From a virus (taxonomy: Duplodnaviria > Caudoviricetes): 64,000 bases of DNA. The stretch lies in the IMG/VR virus record IMGVR_UViG_3300011560_000001, positions 1 through 64,000 of that record; one strand, given 5' to 3'. Both the position numbers and the translations under genes were made by a program. The notes under the pieces were generated by a model. It did not search any database. It was given only the letters and a program-made list of their open reading frames with translations, and was not told the DNA's origin. Each line of letters begins with the position of its first letter. Position 1 is the stretch's first letter. Positions 47,878-56,956 of the stretch are shown here, one piece after another.

Positions 47878-50787
47878 TTAGACAACGCCACCTGAAGTGT
47901 CGTCTTCTGACGTTGTGTCGGTAGTCGTTTCCTCAGATGTGGTTGTTTCTTCTGTTGAGGTTTCCTCCATCGTTTCGGTATCGAAATCGGTATCTCCGAA
48001 ATCGTCACCGCCACCGAAGTCATCAGAAGAACCGGTATCGCTACTTGAATCGGATGACCACGAACCATCAGATGAAACGCTGCCGTCCTGTGCTTGAGCT
48101 CCCATCTTCTCTTCAATCTTCTTCGTCAGATTCTGGATATACAATGCAAAATCACCCATGCATTTACCCATGACTTCAATATGTTCCATGGACATACGTT
48201 TCCAATCTTGCACGGCATTCTTCTTATCGTCAAGACTGAAGAGATCAGCCAGCTCCTGATTGAAGTTGTTCTCTTTTGCCCACGTACGCATCGCGGTACC
48301 AATAATGCATGCGCGGATCATCTGCAGCGTTGTTTCATCAACCCCACCCAGACCCATGACGTAATCAGGCGTTAAATAATCATCAAGTTGCGCAGTAATC
48401 GCTTCCTTGTACTGATTATATTCACGTACCTGGTCTTCAAGGCGACGAGCATTGCTATCCGGTAAACGCACACGCAGGCTGTTTAAGAACATGGACACAT
48501 AAGCATCGGCAATAACTTCCTGGACTTCTGGTTTAGTGTAATCCAGATCCATTGTTGCTGATTGGTCGTCAATCTCCTGATAGGCGTTAACGTTACGGAT
48601 AACACCGTTTTCGAAATCGCTACCAAAAAGCTGCTTCAATTGTGCCTGGGAGAGCTTAGACATGTTCGCACGAACCGTGTTTCGTAACGACGTCAACAAC
48701 ACGGGACTGTATGCCGTATATTTCTTGATGTGGTCCGATAACCCATTCGTGATCACCTCACGACAAACCGTGAACTGTTTCTCTTGCATCGCGTTAGCTG
48801 TAATCACAGAAGCTGCGAATTCAGATTGGTAGGAAGTATCGATAATCTCCGGAGACACACCCAAGCCCATGAAATGGTCACGACGGTAACGATCCATCAG
48901 CTCATTATCAGGAGACTGATAGTTACGCTGCTCAACACTGACGTCTGTATTCAATTTCGGGAAGCGTGGGTTATTCCCCTCAACCTTCAATCGAATCGAG
49001 CTTCGTTCATACGCGTTGATGATATCCATCGGGTTAGTTTCACCCAACGGGAAACCAGACTGGTAGACACGAGCGAAACTATGCAGCGCTTGTTCGACGG
49101 TATCGACCGGGTTTCTGTCGGTGTCTTCAAGCATTACACTCAGCGTCGTATAGTTCAACGAACTTTTGATTTTTGCCATCAGTTCTTGAACCATGAGCAT
49201 GGCTCGTTGCGACGAGATCATCTTCGTACTTTCAAGCAGCGAACGACCGATACCGTATTTGTTGTATTCATAGGCGATGTAAGTCACCATCTCTCGAGGA
49301 ATAAACAAAACACGGGTCTGCTTGTGAGCGAGGCTACGGGCAAGCATCGACAGATAAAACGATGATGTCGCGCCGATTTCCACCGCACTGCCAAGATAAC
49401 CGTTGACAATACGTTCAACGATGTAACGTTGCATCAGCGATTCGTACGACGATACGAAGGCCGACATGTCTACCTGATTACATGACGTACCTTGGATCAT
49501 GTTCTTGGCTGCACCAATCATCTCGCTCGCCATGCCGTTGCTTGACGTGCCTGCGATATCTGCAGTGATCTTCGACAACCGACCTTCCAACTGCTTGTAA
49601 TACGCAGCATCTTCAACCAAACGCACCGGATAACCAAACTCATCCAACTGAACCAAATATCCGATATGGTTCTCCGGATCACCAGGCGCATGTACAGGTT
49701 CTAATGCCTCAGGTGGTACGTGCATCACACCAGGATGACCGACGCTTTGACGATCGAGTGTATCTGGGGTTGCCAGCGCGTAAACGGGAGATACCTTGGT
49801 GTGACGCTGGATGTTGAGTTTATTCCAGATCTCGTTAACCTGTTCTTGCGTCAGCTCACGTCGGTTAGCGGTTAGGGTTGGGTCACCTGACAGCGTTACC
49901 AAACCACTACCTCCTAACGTGTTTGCACGTAACGCACGTTGTACCGCGGTCGCCGCTCGACGCTGATGCAGAATGGGCATGCGGAGGATATCCGGGTTAT
50001 CGACAACCGTAACCATATCCGGAATATCGATCTTCGCTTCAATGAATTTACCGTCCTTATCACGAAGCAGGGTATTGGTAAATTTAATGCTGTCTATGCG
50101 AACAACAGGATCGTACGGTATGGTTTCATTAACGCCTGAGAAATAATCTTCCATCGAAACCGTCGCAGGTAATTGATTTTCGTGGCGTTTACGACTGTCG
50201 TTACCTAGAAGCCCCCAACTTGCAAAATGGTTGTCTTTAAATCCGTATTCTTCAAGTTTCAGTTGACCGTTACCATTAATAGCGCGGTCGAGCGTGCTTT
50301 CCGGCAGAACAACGAAGTTATAACTACCCTTGATAAAGAAGACGTCTTCGATGATACGCGGGATAAGCGTCTTTATTTTATAGATATTCTTAAAATGCGT
50401 GTCGATGGTATCGATCATCGGCTGAACGATTTCTGCGACTCTGCCGGGGAAATCTTCGCTGTCGATAAACATCTCGACCGTCTTAAGATCGTTAGGGTTC
50501 GTCAACGCGGCAACATAGATCTGCATCACGCGTTTAAGTTCAGGGAACAACTCGAGGATGTTTTTATTATCCTCGATGTTTGTCGCGGTCGCACGCGTAA
50601 CCGTGTTCATCGTCATTTGGTCGGGAACAACTAACCCGAAACGACCGTTCGCTCCTTCCGCATCACGTGTATTATAAAGACGTGACTGCGGAGCAGGAGC
50701 GACAAATTTGTTCATGAGTGCCTTCGCAACGTCATTATTGCTCATTTGACGTTCGAGGGCGACGCGCCCTTTATTTATATCGTTCAT
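47878..50787 (-). CDS. portal protein (phiKZ gp129-like, 969 aa)
   Basis: GIGRSLLE, HIGYLVQLDEFGYP and MGLGVSPEIID portal-type motifs; acidic S/T/D/E C-terminal tail; AAGGAG RBS; synteny. Confidence 0.78.
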   Translation of the reverse strand: MNDINKGRVALERQMSNNDVAKALMNKFVAPAPQSRLYNTRDAEGANGRFGLVVPDQMTMNTVTRATATNIEDNKNILELFPELKRVMQIYVAALTNPNDLKTVEMFIDSEDFPGRVAEIVQPMIDTIDTHFKNIYKIKTLIPRIIEDVFFIKGSYNFVVLPESTLDRAINGNGQLKLEEYGFKDNHFASWGLLGNDSRKRHENQLPATVSMEDYFSGVNETIPYDPVVRIDSIKFTNTLLRDKDGKFIEAKIDIPDMVTVVDNPDILRMPILHQRRAATAVQRALRANTLGGSGLVTLSGDPTLTANRRELTQEQVNEIWNKLNIQRHTKVSPVYALATPDTLDRQSVGHPGVMHVPPEALEPVHAPGDPENHIGYLVQLDEFGYPVRLVEDAAYYKQLEGRLSKITADIAGTSSNGMASEMIGAAKNMIQGTSCNQVDMSAFVSSYESLMQRYIVERIVNGYLGSAVEIGATSSFYLSMLARSLAHKQTRVLFIPREMVTYIAYEYNKYGIGRSLLESTKMISSQRAMLMVQELMAKIKSSLNYTTLSVMLEDTDRNPVDTVEQALHSFARVYQSGFPLGETNPMDIINAYERSSIRLKVEGNNPRFPKLNTDVSVEQRNYQSPDNELMDRYRRDHFMGLGVSPEIIDTSYQSEFAASVITANAMQEKQFTVCREVITNGLSDHIKKYTAYSPVLLTSLRNTVRANMSKLSQAQLKQLFGSDFENGVIRNVNAYQEIDDQSATMDLDYTKPEVQEVIADAYVSMFLNSLRVRLPDSNARRLEDQVREYNQYKEAITAQLDDYLTPDYVMGLGGVDETTLQMIRACIIGTAMRTWAKENNFNQELADLFSLDDKKNAVQDWKRMSMEHIEVMGKCMGDFALYIQNLTKKIEEKMGAQAQDGSVSSDGSWSSDSSSDTGSSDDFGGGDDFGDTDFDTETMEETSTEETTTSEETTTDTTSEDDTSGGVV

Positions 50788-50814
50788 TTACACTGGCTCC
50801 TTGGAGGACCGATC

Positions 50815-53226
50815 GTGTCCAACACTGACTATCAGCTTTATTCGGAAAGCGTGCAGCGTCTAACGGACACCCTGATTATTAAAAGCGACATCACGGCAGA
50901 ACGGTTAAACCTCAAGGTTTCCGAAGTCTACCAGATGGCCGTCGGGGACGACCCACGCACGTGGTTATACTACATGAATCTCGCTGGCGAGTATCATCCT
51001 TGTCAGACAATGATGACCGTAAATTCCCTGGATACGCTCGAAGAGATCGAGTTCACCAAGGAAAACATGTTACGGCACCGCATGACGGCAAGGGAGTACG
51101 CGTATGGTGGAGATTATTTCAATCGTTTAATTGCGCGATACCCGGAACAACGTATGTTGATCTTGGGTATCCTTAACCCCATCGATATCGAGAAAGCAAT
51201 TGCGGCACGCAATCATGAGATTCTCTGGTACGATACACAAGAGGTTGAGTCACGCGAGGCCAATCTTATTCCGCGTTTACAGCAAGAAATCGACGATTAC
51301 TTCAGACGCTGGGAACATCCGGCATACGAGAGCGTCGATATGCTTCATTGGCCTGCGCTATACGCCATCCTATTCACACAAATACCTGAGATGATAAAAG
51401 GTATTCGTTGGGAAAACTGTCATACCCATTATGCCCATAGCTTCCATATCTGGAGTTATCTGGCAAGCCATCAAGGTCTCGATCGATTCAAGCGATACAT
51501 GACCGAATCCCAAATGCTCTGGTTCTATCGTAACATCGCTTACGTTGAAAGAAACATGGGCAGAACGGAAAACTACGATAAGCTCATTCAAAAGGTATTA
51601 ACCGATCGTGGGATTCCAATCGGTGCGTTCTCGATCAAACAAGACGCTTCCGGGATACCCCAGACGTTAAAACCCGCAGTTTACATGGAGCGTAAACCGC
51701 TTAACCTTCAAGAGATCGTCGGTAATGGCACGGTAAGACGTAAGGTCACCACCGTGATGCAACAACAGTTCCCTCTAGCGCGGGATAACGAAGCGGAGTA
51801 TTATACCGAGCTTAACCGCACGATAGAGAAGATGTCGATGCACGACAATAATACCTTAACAACCAAGGTATTGGAAAGTGAAGCGGAAGATCTTACCGAC
51901 AGTGAGTTATACCCGAAATACGATTTCTTGCTCAACGAATGGATCCATCTGAGTTCCATCGGTATGTATCAGTCACGGTTAACCACCACCAACCCGGTGA
52001 CGGGTGATACCATGACGATGTCGATGAAAGATGCATACAAGCTGTTCTTGTATTTGCTGAACTATTCGATGGGTATGCCGCTGATTGAAGTGCCTAAGAT
52101 CCATGCTAACCATGTCAGGGTGTTAACGCTACCAACATTCGATCATCTCCGCAGCATTACCGATCCTGCTATCATTCCCGATAAACTGATCTGGTGGTGT
52201 TTGGATAAGCAAGTAACATTGCGTCCGGTCGTCAGCACTGAAGAGTTTCTCAACGTCGTTACCGAGATCTATCAGGGCTGGCGTCGCCATCAATTCATGT
52301 ACCAGCTCCAAGAGCATTATCAAGCTCGAGGTATGGCTGAAGCAATCGTTGAAAACTTTTACGTGGATGTTGGTGTCGACTTCGGTATTGGGCAGCTTTA
52401 CAAGGAATGGTTCTTAGCGATGGATTGGGAGCTTGATGCAATCAGTCAAGAAGAGGCGGGAATTCTAGCTCTCGATATCTTCACAAAGGCTACCGGTCAA
52501 GATTTGGAAGACGTCACCAGTCTTAAGGATATTCAATACGGAATGCTGCAGCTGCTTAAGACATTGAGCAGTTACACCATCCATTTTATCCAGACAATCA
52601 ACAGCGATCCAATCAAGCCGCTAAACAAAATCGCCGTTCGTCTTGGTTCGAGTTTAGTAAGCGGTAGTGAAGAACTGTGGGAAGACTGGGCACAGGCAAA
52701 CGTTCATGATACGGATAACCAGGCTACGGAAGTTATCAAATTCGTACATGATAACAACCCGATGACGAACTGGCGCGAATCGGCGGTTGAAAGTTTGGAA
52801 GCACCTCCGAAACCAACCTGGTGTGACTGTAGCGGTTACGAGAATACCCAAACCGTTCGATTCAGTACGCAATATTGGGCGCAAGTCATCAGTGATCCTG
52901 TCTCGTTACGTTTCCGTAAAAACCCGCTCGATGGTTTGTGGCTTGCACCGTTCCCGGGTCGGGCACCACGCGACCTTCGTGAGCGTTTACTGTCGGAGTC
53001 GCTGCATGGGCTGACCATAAACCCGATCAAACCGTTCGAACAACGTTTCCGTAAACGTGATCTTCGAGGTCTTTGGATAGAACCAATCTACAAACAGGTG
53101 AATGGTCGTTTCAGGTCAGCGGTTCTAAGTGAGACGAATCATGTTGCGTATAAGCCTGTCAGTATGCGTCTATCGAATCCGCTCAATCGTTTGATTGTTA
53201 AACCTTTGCCTATCGAGGACGCTTAA
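50815..53226 (+). CDS. baseplate structural protein (phiKZ gp128-like) with five C-terminal ~20-aa repeats
   Basis: GGAGG RBS before GTG 50815; WLYYMNLAGEYH and AHSFHIWSYLASH motifs; divergent from the portal. Confidence 0.68.
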   Translation: MSNTDYQLYSESVQRLTDTLIIKSDITAERLNLKVSEVYQMAVGDDPRTWLYYMNLAGEYHPCQTMMTVNSLDTLEEIEFTKENMLRHRMTAREYAYGGDYFNRLIARYPEQRMLILGILNPIDIEKAIAARNHEILWYDTQEVESREANLIPRLQQEIDDYFRRWEHPAYESVDMLHWPALYAILFTQIPEMIKGIRWENCHTHYAHSFHIWSYLASHQGLDRFKRYMTESQMLWFYRNIAYVERNMGRTENYDKLIQKVLTDRGIPIGAFSIKQDASGIPQTLKPAVYMERKPLNLQEIVGNGTVRRKVTTVMQQQFPLARDNEAEYYTELNRTIEKMSMHDNNTLTTKVLESEAEDLTDSELYPKYDFLLNEWIHLSSIGMYQSRLTTTNPVTGDTMTMSMKDAYKLFLYLLNYSMGMPLIEVPKIHANHVRVLTLPTFDHLRSITDPAIIPDKLIWWCLDKQVTLRPVVSTEEFLNVVTEIYQGWRRHQFMYQLQEHYQARGMAEAIVENFYVDVGVDFGIGQLYKEWFLAMDWELDAISQEEAGILALDIFTKATGQDLEDVTSLKDIQYGMLQLLKTLSSYTIHFIQTINSDPIKPLNKIAVRLGSSLVSGSEELWEDWAQANVHDTDNQATEVIKFVHDNNPMTNWRESAVESLEAPPKPTWCDCSGYENTQTVRFSTQYWAQVISDPVSLRFRKNPLDGLWLAPFPGRAPRDLRERLLSESLHGLTINPIKPFEQRFRKRDLRGLWIEPIYKQVNGRFRSAVLSETNHVAYKPVSMRLSNPLNRLIVKPLPIEDA
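52900..53223 (+). repeat. five tandem peptide repeats [VLF]-x-x-R-[FL]-x4-L-x-G-L-x-[IL]-x-P
   Basis: VSLRFRKNPLDGLWL / LRERLLSESLHGLTI / FEQRFRKRDLRGLWI / VNGRFRSAVLSETNH / VSMRLSNPLNRLIV. Confidence 0.75.
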
Positions 53227-53285
53227 CGTGATAGTGCAGCAAATCGTAAAGTCTTTTTTAATTAATTCCTGGCGTGGAGGTCACC

Positions 53286-54221
53286 GTGAGTGATACGGTA
53301 ACAACTATTGACGACACCGAACTTTACCCGGTCGACGTCTCTTTACCCTCATCCGATCTCGTGTATGGTCTTATCAACCACGATAACCCACCTCAGAACG
53401 GAGAACATGTTCTAACCCCTGAATTATTGGTTTTAGGGACACCAACCACCAACCAAAGCGCCTACGAGCGCGATACCCAGATTACGGCAACGGCAACCGC
53501 TAAGCTTACCGAGTTAGACGATTATGAAGGTTCGACGACGCTGTATTACGATCGTATTAACATCGGTGCGTATCTACGTAACGTAGCACCTATTCTTATC
53601 GATGCGCCAGATGCCACCAAGATGCGTGATATCTGGCCTATCATCAAAGAACGTTTCGGTCTCGGCCTTACCGCAGAAGAAATTGTCAACGACGAACTTA
53701 ACTGGGATACCGTTAACGGACAATTGCTCCGTGTCGTATCTAATTGCCTGGCTTGGACGGGAAGTGTTCGTATCTTGATGAAATCGCGTGTACCGAATCT
53801 TGATGATATTATCGCGATCAAAGAGCTCGATGGTCTTAAGTTCTTCGGACAGGGCGTACGCGCTAGCGGTGAGATCTACAGTTACAGTCGTGATACTTCT
53901 GATTACGGTGAGTTGCTGGCTTCGCTGGTAACAGGTACGGTCATTAGCGATGTGGTGGTCGCCGATCTTCTGGCTGAAATGACCGCCAATCGTTGGGTAT
54001 TAGACGACAACATCGCACCGTATAACCTGTATAATGCTAAAGTGGCTTTCAACGGTGAGTTGGGTGGACGTATTCCAGCACGAGCAGGTTACCAATACGG
54101 TATCGAGATCAGTCTGGATGAAAACTACTGTACTGCTGTCGGCGGTCCATTGATTTTCTATTACAACGTCGACGGACATACCGCAAGCCTCCAGGGTCGT
54201 TCTCCAGAAGAACAAGGCTAA
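53286..54221 (+). CDS. baseplate/tail-fibre adaptor, phiKZ gp131-like paralog 1
   Basis: Y-D-R-I ... AWTGSV domain, LDDIIAIKELDGL linker, NLYNAKV C-terminal domain; GGAGG RBS before GTG. Confidence 0.65.
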   Translation: MSDTVTTIDDTELYPVDVSLPSSDLVYGLINHDNPPQNGEHVLTPELLVLGTPTTNQSAYERDTQITATATAKLTELDDYEGSTTLYYDRINIGAYLRNVAPILIDAPDATKMRDIWPIIKERFGLGLTAEEIVNDELNWDTVNGQLLRVVSNCLAWTGSVRILMKSRVPNLDDIIAIKELDGLKFFGQGVRASGEIYSYSRDTSDYGELLASLVTGTVISDVVVADLLAEMTANRWVLDDNIAPYNLYNAKVAFNGELGGRIPARAGYQYGIEISLDENYCTAVGGPLIFYYNVDGHTASLQGRSPEEQG

Positions 54222-54231
54222 GGAATAAACA

Positions 54232-55083
54232 ATGAGTCAGAAATTGTTAAACAAAAGTCCTAAAGTACTGGTCGCCGAACTTATTCAGGCCGCCAATCCT
54301 GACTTCGACTTTAACTTCGATGCGCTTGAGATCACGGATGCTGCTGAAAACGGAAACCACGCGTATAAACGGAACACCCGCGCTAAGGTATCGCCTTCGG
54401 CAACAGTAACGCCAGCACAATACCGTGAAAGCAGCTACGTGTGGTACGATCGTATTCCTATCCAAGACTTCTTCTTGGGAATGGAACCGAAGCTCGCTAT
54501 CGATGCCGGGGTTAAAACAACGCACGATCTTATCCCTCTGATCCAATCGACGTACGGAATCGTTATCGATCGGGATAGCTGCGTCGATTCTCCGATTGTT
54601 CGAGGGAATGAATACCCATTCCCTCATGTCGTAGAATTGAAAACAACCGGATTGGCTTGGACGGGAAGTGTTACATTCTACCTCCTCGATAGCGCACGCG
54701 ATATTGCGGGGATGATGAAGACCACGGCGATGGCCGGTCTCAATTTCCCGTACTACACCGCAAATCGTATCCAAGCGTTGGTCTACAGTTACGCTATAGA
54801 CTGCACAGCAATCCGTTCCGATCTTGCCGGGTTAAAGGTTGGTGGTAACCTAAGCGCAATGGTTAGCTTATTCAACAACGTTGCACCAACCCCATGGGTT
54901 TATAACGGCCGTGAAGACGAAAACAACCTTTACGGGGCTACCGTACTCGCAACCGGTAAAACAACAGAACTTATCGCACAGGGTTATCCTGTTAACCCCG
55001 CGTTCGCTAACGCTGTTATCGTTACGCTTAGCCAAGATTACTGCACGAACTACGGCGGTATCCTGTTGATGCAATATAACTGA
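54232..55083 (+). CDS. baseplate/tail-fibre adaptor, paralog 2
   Basis: YKRNT, WYDRI, AWTGSV, IAGMMKTTAMAGL and NLYGATV align with paralogs 1 and 3. Confidence 0.65.
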   Translation: MSQKLLNKSPKVLVAELIQAANPDFDFNFDALEITDAAENGNHAYKRNTRAKVSPSATVTPAQYRESSYVWYDRIPIQDFFLGMEPKLAIDAGVKTTHDLIPLIQSTYGIVIDRDSCVDSPIVRGNEYPFPHVVELKTTGLAWTGSVTFYLLDSARDIAGMMKTTAMAGLNFPYYTANRIQALVYSYAIDCTAIRSDLAGLKVGGNLSAMVSLFNNVAPTPWVYNGREDENNLYGATVLATGKTTELIAQGYPVNPAFANAVIVTLSQDYCTNYGGILLMQYN

Positions 55084-55099
55084 TTAAATAGGAAAAGAC

Positions 55100-55984
55100 A
55101 TGGCTTCTACACAAATCCGTGCTACCGATCGTATCGTCCGTACGATTATCGGCGGTCAAGTACAAACGAACCTTACGCTCGGTCTTCCTCATGCGTGGGA
55201 AGAACACAGCACCTTGAACGAAAAGCTTCAGATTCAATCAAAGATTTACCCCGACGGTAATCCTGCTGTACGTTACTTCTGTATCGGCAACCAAGGTCAC
55301 GAATTCATCCGCAACGCTAACGGCATCCCTTCCTCGATGCCGATCGCTCACGAAGCAAGCGATCTTTCACCATGGAAAATCAAACCTTTCGTGATGCGTG
55401 AAGTTGGTAACGATTTGACCACGGACGAACGTGCTAGATTTGGGTTACGTCGTATTGAGACGCTGGAAAACGGTAAAAAATACATCTGTTATTACGGTCG
55501 TCGCATCGATTTCGATAACGTTGTCCGCTCCATGCGATATACCAAGTACATCGATGGTGTTGCTCAGACTATCGAATGGCATCCGACCGACAAGAACCTC
55601 AACCCACCCCGACCGGATATTCCAACAACAGGAATTCTGGTGGCGACCGGGGAGTATTACGATTATAGCTGTAAAGTCTCTTTGGTTTGGACACCATGGG
55701 ATATTAACGAATACCTCAATGTAGCTAAACTCACCGAGGGTGGTGAAGAGTACGCGGTTATTTCTGAAATTGGGATGGTCTCCGCCGGTGACAAAATCGT
55801 TCGTGCTGATGATGGTCAAGGTTCTGCCTTCGACATGAACGAAATCGTCGGTGCGCAGGTTACCGACCTGATTTCGACTTACCACAACCTATTTACCACC
55901 AACGATACGCTGACGTTGAAATACGACCTTGGTGCGTTGGAAGCTCGTAAGGCAGGCCCGACGGGCGCAGAAATCCTACCGTAA
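55100..55984 (+). CDS. conserved virion/baseplate protein
   Basis: HSTLNEK, YFCIGNQGH, PFVMR...DL and AVISEIG motifs of a conserved phiKZ-like structural family. Confidence 0.65.
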   Translation: MASTQIRATDRIVRTIIGGQVQTNLTLGLPHAWEEHSTLNEKLQIQSKIYPDGNPAVRYFCIGNQGHEFIRNANGIPSSMPIAHEASDLSPWKIKPFVMREVGNDLTTDERARFGLRRIETLENGKKYICYYGRRIDFDNVVRSMRYTKYIDGVAQTIEWHPTDKNLNPPRPDIPTTGILVATGEYYDYSCKVSLVWTPWDINEYLNVAKLTEGGEEYAVISEIGMVSAGDKIVRADDGQGSAFDMNEIVGAQVTDLISTYHNLFTTNDTLTLKYDLGALEARKAGPTGAEILP

Positions 55985-55999
55985 CCTAAGGGGTGTTAA

Positions 56000-56905
56000 A
56001 TGGAGTACAGTGAAATCCTAGGGTTAGAATCGAAAGAAATCCTCTTTCGGCTGATTCGAAAGCATAGCGATTTCGATGCTCGAGGCGTAACGCTGGATAA
56101 ACTGGTTATCGGTGAGGCTTCTGAAAGCACAGGGTACAAGCGTAACAGCAAGTTAACCGTGCATCCCCAACCGGGTTCGGGGCTGGTGAACTCTGTCGAC
56201 ATCTATTATAACCGCGTCGATCTTGGTAAACTGGGTATTTGGCCTGGTGGACAGCACCGCTGGCCCATCGAGATCGAAACCTTAGATACACTAACCAAGG
56301 TCTCTGAGATATTACCTGTCTTAGCATCAACGTACGGTATCCTTCTCAATAAAACCGAGATCGTCGACGCGGATCTGGATAAATCCAAATCACCGATACA
56401 TGTTGCGATAACACCTAAACCTGGTAACCAAGTATGGGTTGGTCAATTACTTGTTGAGTTAACTTCAGGACATAACGACCTCAACAACCTCATTCGCAAC
56501 AATATGTTGGCTGGGTTGAATTATCTCATCGATCGAGATAGTGATAAACTCCCGGGCGCTATTGTTTCGTACAACTGGTTCATGTCTGATGATGTTCTAG
56601 CGTCACTTACTGATGGGTATACGTTAACCTCAGGTGATATGCAATCAGAAGCACTAATCGCAGAAATGAACATGCTGCAATTGGGTCTCTCTGAAGAGAT
56701 CGATGGTCTTACGGCCAACGATCGCTGGGTATTGTCGGCAACGCCTGGACCGCTCAACTTGCAGAATGCGAGAGTAATAGCCGATCCAGAGCATTTCAAA
56801 ACACTACCATTTGGTGTACGTACAGACGCTCGTAAAGCTGTTGTACTTCAACTCAGTGTGATGAATACGCTCATCGACGGTTATCTAACGTTATACGTGG
56901 CATAA
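56000..56905 (+). CDS. baseplate/tail-fibre adaptor, paralog 3
   Basis: YKRNS, YYNRV, VWVGQL, LNNLIRNNMLAGL and NLQNARV. Confidence 0.65.
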   Translation: MEYSEILGLESKEILFRLIRKHSDFDARGVTLDKLVIGEASESTGYKRNSKLTVHPQPGSGLVNSVDIYYNRVDLGKLGIWPGGQHRWPIEIETLDTLTKVSEILPVLASTYGILLNKTEIVDADLDKSKSPIHVAITPKPGNQVWVGQLLVELTSGHNDLNNLIRNNMLAGLNYLIDRDSDKLPGAIVSYNWFMSDDVLASLTDGYTLTSGDMQSEALIAEMNMLQLGLSEEIDGLTANDRWVLSATPGPLNLQNARVIADPEHFKTLPFGVRTDARKAVVLQLSVMNTLIDGYLTLYVA

Positions 56906-56914
56906 CAGCATATT

Positions 56915-56946
56915 CCCTCCTCCTTCCCTGATGGGTTGGAGGAGGG
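56915..56946. terminator. 32-nt hairpin family copy 8 (convergent junction)
   Basis: Identical to copy 1 over 43 nt, including the CATATT and TTATG flanks. Confidence 0.75.
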
Positions 56947-56956
56947 TTATGTTTGT

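Noticed and set aside
11974-56946. Hairpin repeats as a CRISPR array or transposon ends
   Set aside because: They are dispersed singly at gene ends, with no spacers, cas genes, transposase or evident target-site duplications.
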